From Klebsormidium nitens (Eukaryota > Plantae > Klebsormidiophyceae): a DNA stretch of 64,000 nt. A program made the translations under genes and the position numbers. Shown one piece after another: positions 60,801 to 64,000 of the stretch. The stretch's first letter is position 1, and every line of letters starts with the position of its first letter. A model generated the notes under the pieces. That model made no database searches. It saw only the letters and a program-made list of their open reading frames with translations, and was not told where the DNA came from. The stretch is from assembly GCA_000708835.1 (NCBI GenBank), contig DF236967.1, positions 124,001-188,000 of the forward strand. Reading direction: 5' to 3'.

Positions 60801-63800
60801 GTGTGCGCTTTGCTGAATACTAGGATGTCAACAGCAGGGACAACTTCCTCAGAGCTGCAGACGATCAATTTTGCATCTTATTGAAGGCTCAAGGTGCTTC
60901 CATAGAAAGACCCCGGTACTTACCCATGTCGTGACCACAGCTGCTGCACTACCACGTACCTGACAAGCACAACGATACTTCGAGCCTAGATCAGAATCAA
61001 AACAACGTCCGGTAAAGGGCTAACCCCCTCTTACCTGCAGCAGGATCTCCAGCGCCGTCTTGGTATGCTCGTTCGGGTCCGCGACCGCAACCAGGATCGT
61101 GGGCACCAGCGCGGCGATCTCGGGGTTCTTGATGACGCTGCCCACTTCCTGCAGCGCGCGCTGCGCGGCCGCCTGGACTTTCGGGTGCGTGTCGGTCAGC
61201 ACTTCGCTCAGCTTGGGGACGACCGTGGGCAGGCACGACGACAGCTGCTTCGGCGCGCAGTAGGCCATGGCGCCCAGCAGCTGCACGCTGCCCTGCTTCG
61301 TGCGCCACGCCTTGTCGTCCAGGCCCTGGGAACAGCGAGGAACGCCGATGAGAAGAGTGCCAATCGGTTCTTCTCTCTGACCCGACGCTTGCGGTAGCTT
61401 TAGCAGCGGACAAGTAGCCACGTTAGGGAGCAGGACACGGATAGCATGCGTGATCCAAGTGTAGTCTATTCTCTACATGATGGAGCGAACGCTTCAGGTG
61501 TACAACTTGCTGGCCTGGAAGTATGCTGCACCAAACGCACAAACATTTTCAGAGAACGGCACTTCGGAGGTCCTGAGACTAAAACGCCTTAGCACGAAAC
61601 ACATTCGAGCAAGGCCCTTACCTTCATGAGCGCGGGCAGCACCAGCTTGACCCCCTGCCCGCTGAGTTGCCCCATGATCGCACGCGCCGCATTGTCCGTC
61701 GCCTCGCGCACCGCCACGATCGGATCCGAGAAGCACACCAGCAGCAGCGGCAGAATGTGGATCACGTACGGTTCGAACAGCCGCCCCAGCTTCTCGCACA
61801 GCGCCTCGAAGCCGAAGAGCGCGCCCTCGCGCGTGCGTGGGCTCTTGTCCTCGACGCCGGCCTTGAGGGTGTCCATGATAGCATATTGGCGGAGGGAGGA
61901 AATGCCGAGGCCTTTGACGAGCCCCGCGAGGCCGAAGGCGGCGCCGCGGCGCTCCGCGTACTTGTCGCTCTTGAGGAGGCGGTCGAGCAACCGGGTGACA
62001 AGCGCGGGGGCGTTGGCCTGAGGAGAAAGGAGGGGACGGGTGAGGCAACCAGAAAGCGGTCGTTGGCCTCAGGTTACAACGAAGTTGGCGTCGATTCAGG
62101 AGAGAAGCTCTTCACAATGGTGGAAAGTCCGTTGCGGCCAGAGTACTGAAAAGCCGTCCTAAGTTCTGCCCCATCATGTTTGGTTTGGATGAGTCACAAA
62201 GAGAAGCCCGCAACACAATCCAGAAAGCCACTCTACAGCGTCGATGTCTCAGCCTGAAGCATCACAACTCGGGCTAGGAAACGAAAAAGCCCCAAAAGCC
62301 CACCTGCTGGCTCTTCATGAGCGGCGCCAGGCAGTTGGAGACCGCCCGCTGTACGGCCTCAGACGGCGTGTTGAGCACCTCTAGCATCCGCTCCACGATG
62401 TCCGAGATCTTAGGACTGTCCGGCGACAGATGCTTCGCGAGCGCGCCCATGAAGATGACCACTCCCTCGCGCACCAGGTCGTAGCGTTCTTCGTCGGCGG
62501 ACTTTCGGTCGAGGTAGTTTTCGAAGATGGGAAGGAGAAGAGCCACGTTATCCGCGCCGTGTTCGTTGATGATGGCGCACCCGGCGTCGACCATGCGGTC
62601 GCGGACGTCCGGGTTGGGGTCCGCCTGGGGAAGAGCAGCGTCCAAAAATGGTTCAGATAGTAAAGAAAGGTTACGGTCCGCTGTCTTGCGTATTGATCGA
62701 GTGATTGCACGGGAGTCAAGCAGGTGGTGCCCAAACGATGTGGGTCTCTGGAGGCTCAACACGGAGTGAGCGCAAACTGTGGAGTAGCGGTACTCGTCTG
62801 CCTTTGGCGACCCTTTCATATGCATACCCCGTTATTGATTGAGGCACACCGGAATTTGGATCATCATGGACCAACCGAGCCGCTACAAAATCGTTTCAAC
62901 TTTCCGTCTAAACCAACTTACCAGCGCCCGAGAAATCAAGAAAGTCGCCACCACCGGCAGGTCCCGGTTCGTGAGCACGTCCGCCCCCTCCTTCAGCGTC
63001 AGCGCCACTCCCTCCCTCCCGTACCATCGCGTATCCCCCCCTGGTGCAACTCTCCCCACCGGACTCTCCCTTATGAACAGCGCAAACAGGCTCGAGAGCG
63101 TTTCCGGAACCGTCGCCTGGTACTCGTCCATCGCCCCCGCGACCGCGCTCGCCGCAGCTTGCCGCACGCTTCCGTGGGGGCTGGTTAAGTGGGCGGTTAG
63201 CTTGGGCGCGTACCCCCCCCCAAGGTCGTGATTGTACAAGTCCCATACGTCTTCTGCGGCTTTGGCGTTGGCTTCCACTGGGTCGTGCATGGCGAGCCAG
63301 AGCGTGCAGGCGATGTCGTCGGAGGGGGGAACGGAACTAGAGGCGAGGGACGGGATAGAGGCGAGGGAGTCCAGGCACGCGTGGCGCACGTGGGCGTGCT
63401 GACTGGTGATCCCAGTCAGTGCCTGGAGAAGGAAAATAGGGATAAATGAGAAGCGATAAAGGATCGAGGTGCGACGTAATCAACCGCCGGTGCCACCGTG
63501 AGGCTTGGTCATTCCATTCAACAGGATGGGTATGGACTTTCAATGAAAGCTTTTAACACCTTGCATGTCAGTCGTTTGTAAGAACCCATGCTCGAAGCTG
63601 GGGACACATCGGTCGAGATTGTCGAAAGTGGTCCGCTTCGTCTGTTGTTACTGTTCAAGGAAGCATCGCAAGGCAGCCTCCCAAATCAGATATCGCAAGA
63701 GTCAGAAACATGTCGTAGCCGTGTTCACGTCAATTAACGCCCGCCACCACAATGGTGAGAAGCTTCAGCTACGAAAGAAAAAGGAAGTGCTGCACCGTAC

Positions 63801-64000
63801 CCCGAACACTTCGTCTTCTTCGAGGCCTTGGCAGAGCTGCCGCAGGAGGGGCACCACCTTATCATGGTAGACTGGCACGCAGCCCAGGACCTGGTACAGG
63901 GCCTGCGCAAGAAACAAGATAAATCAGGCTCGCGCTCTTTGCACGCACAGCGCGCCTCGTTCAAAACCAAGTGCCCACCATCCTCCAGATGCTGCGGTGA
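54840..64000 (-). CDS. GCN1: GCN1 / ILITYHIA HEAT-repeat activator of GCN2, 3' portion (5' part off-window)
   Basis: Motifs YAERRGAAFGLAGLVKGLG, REGALFGFEALCEKLGRLFEPYV, WRTKQGSVQLLGAMAYCAP, WRIRQSSVELLGDLLFKVAG, LKPFVVPITGPLIRIIGDRF. All inspected introns are GT-AG; last exon GSDSAVQVAQKYMSGLDARRISK..DD* ends at 54840. Confidence 0.97.

Overview
Intron-rich eukaryotic nuclear DNA with GC-rich exons and mostly GT-AG introns; no rRNA, tRNA or CRISPR array was recognised. The gene mix (chloroplast CDB1-like protein, CH-domain kinesin-14, AWPM-19-like proteins, PTPDC1) suggests a streptophyte alga such as Klebsormidium (inference only). Gene models were built by hand from splice sites and reading-frame phase. 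In order: CDB1/At4g37920-like (-, 3' end off-window); a head-to-head pair of ADP-ribosyltransferase genes (Unkempt/TZF-type CCCH fingers + PARP12-like domain on -, WWE + divergent ART domain on +); about 10 kb of unassigned gene-like fragments; HSCB (-); a small hydrophilic orphan (+); kinesin-14 (-) with adjacent AT-AC (U12) and GC-AG introns; PTPDC1-like phosphatase (+); a MITE-like inverted repeat; a GTAC/palindrome-dense block; two tandem AWPM-19-like genes (+); and the 3' part of GCN1/ILITYHIA (-). The best candidate for an undescribed system is the divergent CCCH-ART / WWE-ART pair, whose combined domains match the animal PARP7/PARP12/ZAP architecture.
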